From an uncultured Planctomycetia bacterium (GTDB lineage Bacteria; Omnitrophota; Gorgyraeia; 2-02-FULL-51-18; JAGOUK01): DNA of 64,000 bases. A program made the position numbers and the translations under genes. The stretch is from NCBI GenBank assembly GCA_964430735.1, contig CAYSFB010000003.1, forward strand, positions 2,039 through 66,038, read 5' to 3'. Numbering within the stretch: the first letter of the stretch is position 1; each line of letters begins with the position of its first letter. Shown in pieces: positions 48,717 to 58,813 of this stretch. The notes below the pieces were generated by a model, which was not told the DNA's origin, made no database searches, and worked only from the letters and a program-made list of their open reading frames with translations.

Positions 48717-49907
48717 ATGAAGAAGAAGGTCGTTCTCGCATATTCAGGCGGTTTGGACACGTCGGTTTGCATTCCCTGGTTCATGGACCGGGGCTACGAA
48801 GTCGTTTGCTTCATGGCCGACGTCGGTCAGGGGCAGGACGTGAAGCCCGCCATTGAGCGCGGCAAGATCGCCGGCGCCAAGAAGATCGTCGTCCGCGACC
48901 TCAAGGAAGAGTTCGTCACCGATTACATCTGGCCCGCGCTCAAGGCCAACGCGTGGTACGAAGGCCGCTACTGCCTCGCCACGTCGCTGTCGCGTCCGCT
49001 GATCGCCAAGGAGCTCGTCAAGGTCGCCCAGGAAGAAGGCGCCACCGCGGTCGCCCACGGCTGCACCGGCAAGGGCAACGACCAGGTCCGCATCGAAATG
49101 TCCGTCCAGATCCTCGATCCCAAGCTCGAGATCATCGCGCCGCTGCGCATCTGGGAAATGAAGTCCCGCGACCAGGAGATCGAATACGCCCGCAAGCGCG
49201 GCATTCCGATCGACGTTTCCAAGAAGAGCCCGTACTCCACCGACAAGAACCTCTGGGGCGTGTCGATCGAGTCCGGCGTGCTCGAAGATCCCTGGACCGC
49301 GCCTCCTGCGGACTGCTACATCTGGACCAAGGGCGCCGAGAAGTCCAAGGGCGGAGAAACTGTCGTGATCGACTTCACGAACGGCATTCCGACGGGCCTG
49401 AACGGCAAGAAGATGGGCGGACAGGAACTCATCCGGACGCTCAACGCCAAGGGCGCCAAGTACGGCATCGGCCGCGTCGACATGGTCGAGAACCGTTTCG
49501 TCGGCATCAAGTCGCGCGAGATATATGAAGCGCCGGCCGCCGCGATCCTCCTGACCGCGCACCGCGACCTCGAATCCGTGACGCTGGACCGCGCGACGAC
49601 GCAGTTCAAGGACGAAATCGCCGGCCGCTACGCCCGGATGATTTACGAAGGGTTCTGGTTCGTGGATCTCAAGCGCTCGCTCGACGCGTTCATCGACGAC
49701 ACGCAGAAGCGCGTCACCGGCTCGGTCCGTGTGGAACTCAAGCCCCACGTCGCGATCGTCACCGGCCGCAAGTCTCCGTTCTCGCTGTACGAGGAAGCGC
49801 TGGCGACCTACACCGAAAAAGACGCGTTCGATCACAAGCTCGCCAAGGGCTTCATCGACATCACGGCGCTGCCCTTCAAGGGCCAGCGGGCGCGCGGGAA
49901 GAAGTAA
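48717..49907 (+). CDS. argG: Argininosuccinate synthase
   Basis: VVLAYSGGLDTSV PP-loop. Confidence 0.95.
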   Translation: MKKKVVLAYSGGLDTSVCIPWFMDRGYEVVCFMADVGQGQDVKPAIERGKIAGAKKIVVRDLKEEFVTDYIWPALKANAWYEGRYCLATSLSRPLIAKELVKVAQEEGATAVAHGCTGKGNDQVRIEMSVQILDPKLEIIAPLRIWEMKSRDQEIEYARKRGIPIDVSKKSPYSTDKNLWGVSIESGVLEDPWTAPPADCYIWTKGAEKSKGGETVVIDFTNGIPTGLNGKKMGGQELIRTLNAKGAKYGIGRVDMVENRFVGIKSREIYEAPAAAILLTAHRDLESVTLDRATTQFKDEIAGRYARMIYEGFWFVDLKRSLDAFIDDTQKRVTGSVRVELKPHVAIVTGRKSPFSLYEEALATYTEKDAFDHKLAKGFIDITALPFKGQRARGKK

Positions 49908-49914
49908 AAGTCCC

Positions 49915-51303
49915 ATGGCCAAAAAACTCTGGGGCGGGCGGTTCAAGAAGCCGATTCACGCGGGATTCGAGCGCTTCAGCTCGAGTCTGCCGGTGGACTG
50001 CGAGCTTGCGCCGTACGACCTGGAGGCCTCCAAGGCGCATGCCAACGCGCTCGGCCGCGCGGGCATTTTGAGTCGGCCGGTCGCGGCGAAGATCGCCTCG
50101 GCGCTGGACGCAATTTACCGCGATCTGCCCAAACTGGCGCTCTCGTTTCATCGGCGCGACATCGAGGACATCCACTCGCTCATCGAGTCGGAGCTGGTCC
50201 GGCGCGCCGGTCCGGACGCCAAGCGGATTCATGCAGGGCGCTCCCGCAATGACCAGGTCAACGTGGCGACGCGCCTGTATTGCAAGCGCCGTCTGCTCGC
50301 GATCGAAACCGAGATCGCCCGGCTTCAGGCCGCGATCGTCCGGTCCGCGAAGGCCCACAAGGGCATCGTGGTCGCGGGCATGACGCATCTGCAGAAGGCG
50401 ATGCCGGTGTTGTGGGCGCATTGGCTGCTGTGTTACGTCGAGGCATTGGACCGGTCGCGCACCGTGATCGCGGATACACGGGCCCGCTTGGACGTGCTGA
50501 CGCTCGGGTCGGGCGCTTTGGCCGGCTCAGGTCTGGCGATCGACCGCGAGGCGGTCCGCAAGGAACTGGGCTTCGCTTCGGTGAGCCGGAACAGCATGGA
50601 TGCGGTCGGTTCGCGCGACTTCGTCTCGGAGACCACGTACGCGCTGGCGCACCTGGGCGTGAACCTGTCGCGCATCGCCGAGGACTTGTTGATTTTTCAG
50701 ATCGAGGAGATGGGCTGGGTGGATCTGCCCGAAGAGCTCTGCACCGGAAGCTCGATGATGCCGCAGAAGAAAAACGCGGACTTTTTGGAACTGGCGCGGG
50801 GCGCGAGCTCCATTCTGGCGGGGAATTGCTCGGCTCTTTTGATGCTTCAAAAGGGCCTGCCGAGCTCGTACAACCGCGACCTGCAGTGGGACAAGGAGCC
50901 GTTGTTCCGTTCCGTGCGCCTGGTCGAGGAAATGCTGCCGATCTTCACCGTTTTGTTCAAGGGCATCCGGCTGCGCGAAGACCGCGCGGCGCGTTCGATC
51001 ACGAACGACCAGCTTGCCGCGACGGACCTGGCTGAGGCGCTCGTGGCCGCGGGCGTGCCGTTCCGCGACGCGCACGAACGGGTCGGCCGGCTGGTGCAGG
51101 AAGCGGAGGCCGACGGCTGTTCGCTGCGCAAGGTGCCGGAGGCCAAGGCGATACAAATTTTGGGACCGTTGGTCAAGGATTGGAAAGCGGTGCTGGACCC
51201 GGCTTTGTCGGTCGGCCGCAAGCGGACGTCGGGCAGCACGCGGCCCGCGGAAGTCGAACGTCAAGTCGCGCGCTGGGAGAAAATTCTTCATGCATCTTTT
51301 TAA
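49915..51303 (+). CDS. argH: Argininosuccinate lyase
   Basis: MAKKLWGGRF...; fumarate-lyase signature region. Confidence 0.92.
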   Translation: MAKKLWGGRFKKPIHAGFERFSSSLPVDCELAPYDLEASKAHANALGRAGILSRPVAAKIASALDAIYRDLPKLALSFHRRDIEDIHSLIESELVRRAGPDAKRIHAGRSRNDQVNVATRLYCKRRLLAIETEIARLQAAIVRSAKAHKGIVVAGMTHLQKAMPVLWAHWLLCYVEALDRSRTVIADTRARLDVLTLGSGALAGSGLAIDREAVRKELGFASVSRNSMDAVGSRDFVSETTYALAHLGVNLSRIAEDLLIFQIEEMGWVDLPEELCTGSSMMPQKKNADFLELARGASSILAGNCSALLMLQKGLPSSYNRDLQWDKEPLFRSVRLVEEMLPIFTVLFKGIRLREDRAARSITNDQLAATDLAEALVAAGVPFRDAHERVGRLVQEAEADGCSLRKVPEAKAIQILGPLVKDWKAVLDPALSVGRKRTSGSTRPAEVERQVARWEKILHASF

Positions 51304-52549
51304 GTTCAAAAAGGGCGAACTTCACGCCGAAAATGTTCCGGTGACCCGGATCGTCAAAAAAGTCGGAAGCCCCGTGTACATCTACAGCATCGGGACGTTT
51401 CTGGACCATTTTTTGAAGCTGAAGCGCGCGTTCTCGCCGATCGACTGCCTGATCTGCTTTTCGGTGAAGTCGAATTCGAACCTCACGGTCCTGAAGGCGC
51501 TCACGAAGGCCGGCTCGGGCCTCGACATTGTGTCGGGCGGAGAGCTCTTCAAGGCGCTCAAGGCAGGGGCTGATCCCAAAAAGATCGTGTTCGCATCCGT
51601 CGGCAAGACCGATGAGGAGATCACGGCCGCGATCCGCGCCGGCATTCTGTCGTTCAACGTCGAGTCTGAAGAGGAGCTCGACGCGATCAACCGGTCCGCC
51701 CGCAAGCTGAACAAAAAGCAGAGCATTTCTTTGCGGATCAATCCGGACGTGCAGCCCAAGACGCACCACTACATCACGACCGGTTCCAAAGGGAACAAGT
51801 TCGGGATCGACATGGAAACGGCGTTCCGTCTGTACGTCGAGGCGTTTAAGTATCCGTTCCTCAAATTTTCGGGCGTGCATCTGCACATCGGTTCGCAGAT
51901 CACCGAGAGCAAACCCTTCGTCGAGGCGCTCCACAAGGCCGCGGACTTCGTCGGCCGCCTGCGCCGCGCGGGCGTGGCCATCGAGGTTCTGAACATCGGC
52001 GGCGGCCTCGGCATCGTCTACAACGATGAAACGCCGCAGACGGCGGCCGACTATGCGAAGGCCGTGCTTCCGATCCTGAAAAAGCTCAACGTGCGCGTCA
52101 TTCTCGAGCCCGGCCGTTTCATTTCCGGAAACAGCGGCATCCTGGTGACCCGGGTGCTTTTTTGGAAATCGTCGCCGTCCAAAACCTTCGCGATCGTCGA
52201 CGCGGGCATGAACGACCTGATCCGCCCTTCCATCTACAGCGCGTATCACGAGATCACGCCGGTCCTCGAGTCCAAGCGGAAGGAAAAAGCGCTTCCGGAA
52301 GTCGACATCGTGGGACCCATCTGCGAGTCCGGGGACTTTTTGGGCAAGGGCCGCAAGCTTCCGAAGCTCGCCACGGGCGATCTCCTGGCCGTGATGTCGG
52401 CCGGAGCGTACGGATATGTCATGTCGTCCAATTACAATTCGCGGCCCCGGATCCCCGAGGTCGTCGTGCGCGGATCCAAGTTCGCCGTCGCCCGCAAGCG
52501 CGAGACGTTCGCGGACCTGGTGCGCGGGGAGAGCATCCTCGATGTTTAA
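51290..52549 (+). CDS. lysA: Diaminopimelate decarboxylase
   Basis: PLP fold-III decarboxylase; 14-nt overlap with argH. Confidence 0.9.
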   Translation: MHLFKFKKGELHAENVPVTRIVKKVGSPVYIYSIGTFLDHFLKLKRAFSPIDCLICFSVKSNSNLTVLKALTKAGSGLDIVSGGELFKALKAGADPKKIVFASVGKTDEEITAAIRAGILSFNVESEEELDAINRSARKLNKKQSISLRINPDVQPKTHHYITTGSKGNKFGIDMETAFRLYVEAFKYPFLKFSGVHLHIGSQITESKPFVEALHKAADFVGRLRRAGVAIEVLNIGGGLGIVYNDETPQTAADYAKAVLPILKKLNVRVILEPGRFISGNSGILVTRVLFWKSSPSKTFAIVDAGMNDLIRPSIYSAYHEITPVLESKRKEKALPEVDIVGPICESGDFLGKGRKLPKLATGDLLAVMSAGAYGYVMSSNYNSRPRIPEVVVRGSKFAVARKRETFADLVRGESILDV

Positions 52550-53348
52550 AGGGTCGCAGAAGCGCTTTTCGCAGTATTCGGCCAGCGGCAACACCTTTGT
52601 CCTGCTGGACAACCGCCGGGACGCGCTCGCGCAGCCGGCCGAATCGGCCAAGGAACTCTGCGGCCGCCTGGGCGTGGACGGCATGCTCTTGATGGAAGAT
52701 TCGGACAAAGCCGCGATTCGGATGCGCATCCTGAACCGTGACGGTTCGGAGGCCTCCATGTGCGGCAACGGTTCGCGCGCGGCGGCGCACTGGGCGCACC
52801 ACGAGGCGAAGCTTCCGCAGGAATTCAAGATTGAGACGCTGGCCGGTATTCTGAACGCGCGCGTCGAAGGCGACGTGGCGAAGATACGGCTCACGGACCC
52901 CAAGGACTTCAAGGAAGTCGACGGGCTCGAGGTGCCGGGAGCGCTCGAAGGGACTTATTTTGTGAACACGGGCGTGCCGCATCTGGTCACCGAAATCGAA
53001 GATCTGGCGGTGTTGAACGTCCATGAGCAGGGCCAGCGGATCCGTTACCACGAGCGTTTCAAGCCCGCGGGAACGAACGCGTCGTTCTTCCAGTCGCTGG
53101 CGCCCGGTCACATCCGTGTGCGCGTGTACGAGCGCGGCGTGGAGGGCGAGACTCAGGCCTGCGGCACCGGTTCCGCGGCGTGCGCGATCGTCGCGGCCCA
53201 CAAGTACAGCTACCCGTCGCCCGTCAAGGTGCGCGTGGAGTCGGGGGACGAGCTTAGGATTTATTTCGAGCAATCGGCATCAGGATTCAAGAACGTGGAT
53301 TTGGAGGGCGCCGTCCGGTGCCTCAAACAGGGAGTGATCGCTCTATGA
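52542..53348 (+). CDS. dapF: Diaminopimelate epimerase
   Basis: FSQYSASGNTFVLLDN...; paired catalytic Cys regions. Confidence 0.9.
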   Translation: MFKGSQKRFSQYSASGNTFVLLDNRRDALAQPAESAKELCGRLGVDGMLLMEDSDKAAIRMRILNRDGSEASMCGNGSRAAAHWAHHEAKLPQEFKIETLAGILNARVEGDVAKIRLTDPKDFKEVDGLEVPGALEGTYFVNTGVPHLVTEIEDLAVLNVHEQGQRIRYHERFKPAGTNASFFQSLAPGHIRVRVYERGVEGETQACGTGSAACAIVAAHKYSYPSPVKVRVESGDELRIYFEQSASGFKNVDLEGAVRCLKQGVIAL

Positions 53349-54250
53349 TGAATTTATCGGGTTCGATGACGGCGCTCATCACGCCGTTCGAGAACGACAA
53401 GGTGGACGCCGCGGCGCTCCGCCGGCAGATCGAAGACCAGATCAAGGGCGGCACGAGCGCGCTCATCCCGTGCGGGACGACCGGCGAATCGCCGACCCTG
53501 TCCCACGCGGAGCACAAGAACGTGATCGCGATCACGGTTGAAGCCGCCGCGGGACGCGTTCCGGTCATCGCCGGCACCGGCTCGAACAGCACGGACGAAG
53601 CGATCGAACTGACGCGATTCGCCAAAAAGGCGGGCGCGAAGGCGTCCTTGAGCGTCGTTCCGTATTACAACAAGCCGACCCAGAAGGGCATGTACGAGCA
53701 CTTCAAGGCCATCGCGAAGTCCGCCGGACTTCCGATCGTCCTTTACAACATCCCGGGCCGCTGCGGAGCGGGCCTCACGGCCGCCACGATCGCGGAGCTC
53801 TCCAAGATCGACTTGATCGTCGCTGTCAAAGAGGCGACCGGCAGCATGGACATGGCTTCCGAAATCATCGGCCGCACCGACCTCGCGGTCCTTTCGGGCG
53901 ATGATTCGCTGACGCTGCCGATCCTGGCGCTCGGCGGAAAAGGCGTCATCTCCGTTTTTGCCAACCTCTATCCGTCGCACCTGTCCAAAATGGTCCGCGC
54001 CTTTTTTGACGGCGACATCGACGAGGCCCGCAAGCTCCATTACGCGATGCTGCCCCTGTGCAAGGCGCTGTTCGTCGAAACGAATCCGATCCCGGTCAAG
54101 ACGGCCATGCGGATCTTGAAGCGCGACACGGGCGATCTGCGCATGCCGCTTACGGGCATGGAGCCGGAAAACGAAGCGACGCTCAAGCGCGCGCTCGAGG
54201 CCTTTGGACGCTACCTGGCCGCACCGCGCGGCAAGGGAGGCCGCTCATGA
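53345..54250 (+). CDS. dapA: 4-hydroxy-tetrahydrodipicolinate synthase
   Basis: ALITPF...GTTGES motifs. Confidence 0.92.
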   Translation: MMNLSGSMTALITPFENDKVDAAALRRQIEDQIKGGTSALIPCGTTGESPTLSHAEHKNVIAITVEAAAGRVPVIAGTGSNSTDEAIELTRFAKKAGAKASLSVVPYYNKPTQKGMYEHFKAIAKSAGLPIVLYNIPGRCGAGLTAATIAELSKIDLIVAVKEATGSMDMASEIIGRTDLAVLSGDDSLTLPILALGGKGVISVFANLYPSHLSKMVRAFFDGDIDEARKLHYAMLPLCKALFVETNPIPVKTAMRILKRDTGDLRMPLTGMEPENEATLKRALEAFGRYLAAPRGKGGRS

Positions 54251-55068
54251 TCCGTCTTGCTGTCGCGGGAGCGATGGGCCGGATGGGATCTTCCATCCTG
54301 CGCCTGGCCGCCCAGAACAAAAAAGTCTTTACGCCGACCCTGGCCCTGGAATCGACCGGCCATGCGGGCGTCGGCCGGAACGTAGGCGAGGCCAACGCTT
54401 CGCTTGTGGGTTTGGGTCTCGGTCAGATGATCGTCAAGTCCGCGCCGCACGCGGACTGGAAGTCGATCGACGTCCTGATCGACTTCACGGCACCCGAGGC
54501 CACTGTCGAACACGCCAAGCTCTGCGCCAAATACGGCGTGGCTCTGGTGATCGGCACGACCGGCATGAGCAAACAGCAGGTCGCGCAGGTCCGGGCCGCA
54601 TCGGCCAAAACGGCGATCGTGATGGCATCCAACATGAGCGTCGGAGCTAACCTTCTTTTTGCGCTGGCGGCCCAGGCCGCGCGAGTGCTGAATTCCGATT
54701 ACGACATCGAAATCGTCGAAGCTCATCACCGCCACAAGAAGGACGCGCCGAGCGGGACCGCCAAGTCGCTTGCCGAATCCATCGCCGATGCGAAGGGCTG
54801 GGATTTGGAATCCTGCGCCGTTTATGGCCGCGAGGGCATGACGGGGGAGCGGCCGAAGAATCAGATCGGCATCCACGCCGTGCGCGCCGGCGAAATCATC
54901 GGCGAGCACACCGCGTACTTCAGCGGCCCCGGCGAGACGATCGAACTCAAGCACCACGCGGCGTCGCGCGACGCGTTCGCCCGCGGAGCACTGGTCGCGG
55001 CGCAATTTGCCGCGAAGAAGAAAAAAGGCCTTTTTAACATGCAAGACGTTTTGGGGATGACACGCTAA
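54247..55068 (+). CDS. dapB: 4-hydroxy-tetrahydrodipicolinate reductase
   Basis: MIRLAVAGAMGRMG Rossmann N-terminus. Confidence 0.9.
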   Translation: MIRLAVAGAMGRMGSSILRLAAQNKKVFTPTLALESTGHAGVGRNVGEANASLVGLGLGQMIVKSAPHADWKSIDVLIDFTAPEATVEHAKLCAKYGVALVIGTTGMSKQQVAQVRAASAKTAIVMASNMSVGANLLFALAAQAARVLNSDYDIEIVEAHHRHKKDAPSGTAKSLAESIADAKGWDLESCAVYGREGMTGERPKNQIGIHAVRAGEIIGEHTAYFSGPGETIELKHHAASRDAFARGALVAAQFAAKKKKGLFNMQDVLGMTR

Positions 55069-56241
55069 ATGAAAATCACGTTTGAACCCGCCAAGCGGGT
55101 GAAGGAACTGCCGCCGTATCTTTTCCTGGAAATTGACCGCGCCAAGCGCGCCGCCCGCGAAAAAGGCGCCGACATCATCGACTTCGGTATCGGCGATCCG
55201 GACCTGCCGACGCCTCAATTCGTCGTCGACGCCTTCAACCAGGCCGTCAAGGACCCTTCGACTCACCGGTATCCGCTTGATGCCGGCCGCAAAGAATTCC
55301 GCGACGCAGTCGCGGCCTGGTATCAGGAGCGCTTCGATGTGAAGCTCGATCCCGATTCCGAAATTCTGCCGCTCATCGGCTCCAAGGAAGGGCTGACGCA
55401 TCTCCCGCTGGCCTTTGTGAACCCCGGAGATCGCGCCTTCGTTCCCGATCCCGCCTATCCGGCTTATACCCGCGCCGTCGCTTTTGCCGGTGGAAAATCG
55501 GTCGCGTACCCTCTGCTCGAGAAGAATCGCTTCCTGCCCGATTGGAAAGAGCTCGAGAAGATGCGCCCGGACGGAGCGAAGCTTTTTTACTTCAACTACC
55601 CGAACAACCCCACCGGCGCCGTCGCTGGCCCTGACACCTTCGACAAAGCGGTGCGGTTCGGTAAGAAGCACAAGATCCTGATGTGCCACGACAACGCCTA
55701 TTCGGAAGTTTATTTTGGCCACGAGAAGCCGGCGAGCTTCCTGCAGGCCGCCGGAGCCAAGGCGGTCGGGCTGGAATTCCATTCGCTTTCGAAAACCTTC
55801 AACATGACCGGATGGCGTCTCGGCTTCGTCGCCGGCAACGCGGAGGCAATCTCGGCGCTGGCGAAGATCAAGTCGAACATCGATTCCGGTGTCTTTAGCG
55901 CGATCCAGCTGGCTGGTGCGGATGCCCTGAAGCGCACTGCCAAATTCACCGGCGAAACGAACGCGATGTATGCCAAGCGCCGTAACGTCCTCATCGCGGG
56001 TCTCAAGAGCCTGGGCTGGAACGTGCAGGCGCCTGAAGCGACGTTCTATGTCTGGTGCCGCCTGCCGAAGGGCCACACCTCGTCCATCGAGTTCAGCAAA
56101 TTCCTCCTGGACAAGGCCCACATCGTCTGCACGCCGGGCGTCGGTTTCGGCAAATACGGAGAGGGCTATGCCCGCTTCACACTGACCGTTCCCGAAGACC
56201 GGATCAAGCTCGCCATCGAGCGCATGAAGAAGGTTCTCTGA
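55069..56241 (+). CDS. dapL: LL-diaminopimelate aminotransferase (DapL-type class I aminotransferase)
   Basis: Class I aminotransferase sitting between dapB and folK in a dap operon that has no dapD, dapC or dapE. Confidence 0.75.
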   Translation: MKITFEPAKRVKELPPYLFLEIDRAKRAAREKGADIIDFGIGDPDLPTPQFVVDAFNQAVKDPSTHRYPLDAGRKEFRDAVAAWYQERFDVKLDPDSEILPLIGSKEGLTHLPLAFVNPGDRAFVPDPAYPAYTRAVAFAGGKSVAYPLLEKNRFLPDWKELEKMRPDGAKLFYFNYPNNPTGAVAGPDTFDKAVRFGKKHKILMCHDNAYSEVYFGHEKPASFLQAAGAKAVGLEFHSLSKTFNMTGWRLGFVAGNAEAISALAKIKSNIDSGVFSAIQLAGADALKRTAKFTGETNAMYAKRRNVLIAGLKSLGWNVQAPEATFYVWCRLPKGHTSSIEFSKFLLDKAHIVCTPGVGFGKYGEGYARFTLTVPEDRIKLAIERMKKVL

Positions 56242-56765
56242 TGCACGTCTGCTTCGTCGCGGTCGGCACGAACCAGGGGGACCTGGACGCGAACATCGCC
56301 CAGGCCGCCGAGCTCATCAAGGAGATTCCCGATACCTCCATCGAAGCGCAGTCGTCCTTTCGCGATTACGCGCCGGAAGACACCGCGTCGGGACAGCCGG
56401 ATTACCGCAACGGCGTGTTCCGCCTCAAGACGGACCTGGGTCCGCTGGATCTCCTGCACAAGCTGCAGGTGATCGAGCGCCGCATGGGCCGTTCGGCCGC
56501 TTCCAAGGGCGACGGCTCCTCCCGCACCATCGACCTCGACATCCTTTCGTACGGCAGCGAGGTCGTCATTCAGGGCAAGACGCTCACGATCCCGCATCCC
56601 CGGATGAGCCGCCGTCTCTTCGTGCTCGAACCTCTCGCAGAAATCGCGCCGGACTGGAAAGATCCGCGCTCCGGCAAGACGGCCGCCGAATTGCTCGCGG
56701 AACTCCGGTCGTCCGCGTCCGATGAAAATCCTGCATCCAGCTGCTCCGCTTCAAGCGGAAATTGA
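56241..56765 (+). CDS. folK: 2-amino-4-hydroxy-6-hydroxymethyldihydropteridine pyrophosphokinase
   Basis: HPPK fold (...IDLDIL...PHPRM...). Confidence 0.85.
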   Translation: MHVCFVAVGTNQGDLDANIAQAAELIKEIPDTSIEAQSSFRDYAPEDTASGQPDYRNGVFRLKTDLGPLDLLHKLQVIERRMGRSAASKGDGSSRTIDLDILSYGSEVVIQGKTLTIPHPRMSRRLFVLEPLAEIAPDWKDPRSGKTAAELLAELRSSASDENPASSCSASSGN

Positions 56766-57615
56766 CCGGCTCCGCCGGCTCGCGCCCCGGCGACCCTCCC
56801 GTTCCCGCTCCGCCCGATACCGCATCGGTTTTGTGCCCACGATGGGCGCGCTTCATGAGGGCCACGCCGAACTCATCCGCGCCGCCCGCCGCTCCTGTGA
56901 CGCGGTGATCGTCTCCATTTTCGTCAATCCGCTTCAGTTCGGTCCCAAGGAGGATTTGGCCAAGTATCCCCGGACGCTGGCCGCAGACGCGCGTATCTGC
57001 CGCCGGGCCGGGGCGGACGTCATTTTTGCGCCGGACGCGGATACTTTTCTCAAAATGAAAAGCCTGAAGACCGTCCGTGCGGACGCCGCGCTCAAGCGCC
57101 GCCTCTGCGGACCGTTTAGACCAGGCCACTTCGACGGCGTGACGACGATCGTGGCTCATTTTTTTCGGATCGTCCGTCCGGACGCGGCTTTTTTTGGTCT
57201 GAAGGACTACCAGCAGTACCGAGTGATCGCGGAGATGACCCGGCGCGTCTTCCACGGCCGTCCGGTGATCGTACCGGTCGCGACCGTCCGGGAAAAGGAC
57301 GGGCTGGCGATGAGTTCGCGGAACCGCTACCTGTCGCCGGCGGACCGGAAGAAGGCCCCTGCTTTTTACCGGGCGCTGGATGCGGCGCGCAAGGGAATCC
57401 AGGCCGGGCGTCTGCGCTCGGGTGCGGAGGCGAAGCTTTTTCTCCGAAAGGAGCTCGATAAGGCGGGGTGTTTTACCGTCCAGTACGCCGAAGTGTCGGA
57501 CGCGGAAACGCTGCGGACGCTCAAGGGTCCGTTCGACCTGCGAAAAGGCGGGATCGTGCTCGCGGCCGCCGTTTTCCTCGGACAGACAAGACTCATCGAT
57601 AACGTTTTGGTATAA
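56722..57615 (+). CDS. panC: Pantoate-beta-alanine ligase
   Basis: FVPTMGALHEGH HIGH motif. Confidence 0.92.
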   Translation: MKILHPAAPLQAEIDRLRRLAPRRPSRSRSARYRIGFVPTMGALHEGHAELIRAARRSCDAVIVSIFVNPLQFGPKEDLAKYPRTLAADARICRRAGADVIFAPDADTFLKMKSLKTVRADAALKRRLCGPFRPGHFDGVTTIVAHFFRIVRPDAAFFGLKDYQQYRVIAEMTRRVFHGRPVIVPVATVREKDGLAMSSRNRYLSPADRKKAPAFYRALDAARKGIQAGRLRSGAEAKLFLRKELDKAGCFTVQYAEVSDAETLRTLKGPFDLRKGGIVLAAAVFLGQTRLIDNVLV

Positions 57616-57624
57616 TCGCAACTT

Positions 57625-57996
57625 ATGCTCCGCGTCATCCTCAAATCCAAAGTCCACAACGCCCGCGTCACCCAGGCCAACGTCAAGTACGAAGGATCGA
57701 TCACGATCGACCGCGCCGTCATGCGCGCGGCCAACCTTGTCGCGTTTGAGCGTGTGCAGGTTTCGAGCGTCACGAGCGGCACGCGGCTTGAGACGTATGT
57801 GATCGAAGGCGAGTCCGGTTCGGGCGTTATCGGCCTGAACGGCGCGGCCGCCAAGCTCATCAAAAAGGGTGAGACCGTCCACATCATGTCCTACGCCTGG
57901 ATGCCCGACGCCTCCATCAAAAAGTTCAAGCCCATCGTCGTCCAGCTCAACGACCGGAACGCCGTCCGCTCCGTCGTCCGGGGAACCGCCAAGTGA
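57625..57996 (+). CDS. panD: Aspartate 1-decarboxylase
   Basis: MLRVILKSKVHNARVT...GSITID self-processing site. Confidence 0.92.
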   Translation: MLRVILKSKVHNARVTQANVKYEGSITIDRAVMRAANLVAFERVQVSSVTSGTRLETYVIEGESGSGVIGLNGAAAKLIKKGETVHIMSYAWMPDASIKKFKPIVVQLNDRNAVRSVVRGTAK

Positions 57997-58799
57997 TCCG
58001 CGTCGGCATCGTCGGCGCCGGCACCATCGGTGCGGAGCTGGCCCGGCAATGCGCCACCACCTTCAAAGAAGAGGTCCGTCTTGTTGGTATTGTGGACGCG
58101 GACGCCAATCGCGAACGTCTGATTCGCAAGGAACTCGGCCTGACCCGGACTTTTAAACTTGAGCAGCTGGTCGCCCAAGTGGACCTCCTGATCGAAGCCG
58201 CTTCCGCCTCGGCCGCATATCCGGTCGCCAGAACCGCGTTGTCCCATGGCAAGGACGTGATGATCATGTCCGCCGGCGGACTGGTTCATCATGAGCAGGC
58301 GATTTGGAAACTCGCGACGGAGCACCGCTCCTGCGTTTATCTGCCCAGCGGCGCCATCGCCGGTTTGGACGGCCTCAAGTCCGCCAGCATCGGCAAGATC
58401 CGCCGCGTCTCGCTCACGACGCGCAAGAATCCGATCAGCTTCCGAGGCGCTCCGTACATCGTGAAGAAAAAAATCGACCTCAACACGATTCGCGAAGAGA
58501 CGCTCTTGTTCGACGGCTCGGCGGAAAAGGCGATCGAGGGCTTCCCCCAGAACATCAACGTGTCGGCGACGCTGAGTCTCGCCGGGATCGGCGCCAAAAA
58601 AACACGGGTCAAAATTTTCGCTTCTCCGGGACTGACGCATCACGTGCATGAAGTTGCCATCGACGGGGACTTCGGCTCCGTTTACACGCGCACCCAGAAC
58701 CTTCCCTCCAAAAAGAATCCCAAGACCAGCCACCTGGCGATTCTCTCGGCCGTCGCGACCTTGCGGCGCATCTTCGCCAACGTTAAAATCGGCACTTAG
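57993..58799 (+). CDS. L-aspartate dehydrogenase-like protein (NadX family)
   Basis: MIRVGIVGAGTIGAE Rossmann N-terminus, ~268 aa, NadX-like C-terminal domain. Confidence 0.65.
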   Translation: MIRVGIVGAGTIGAELARQCATTFKEEVRLVGIVDADANRERLIRKELGLTRTFKLEQLVAQVDLLIEAASASAAYPVARTALSHGKDVMIMSAGGLVHHEQAIWKLATEHRSCVYLPSGAIAGLDGLKSASIGKIRRVSLTTRKNPISFRGAPYIVKKKIDLNTIREETLLFDGSAEKAIEGFPQNINVSATLSLAGIGAKKTRVKIFASPGLTHHVHEVAIDGDFGSVYTRTQNLPSKKNPKTSHLAILSAVATLRRIFANVKIGT

Positions 58800-58813
58800 C
58801 GCTTTTTAGTCTG

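Noticed and set aside
54211-56121. 636-aa - strand ORF antisense to dapB/dapL, and similar long - strand ORFs at 5914-7617, 8864-10300, 19089-20429, 47674-48711 and 48744-49946
   Set aside because: All overlap strongly supported + strand housekeeping genes and give Arg/Ala/Gly-rich low-complexity translations. These are GC-skew artefacts.
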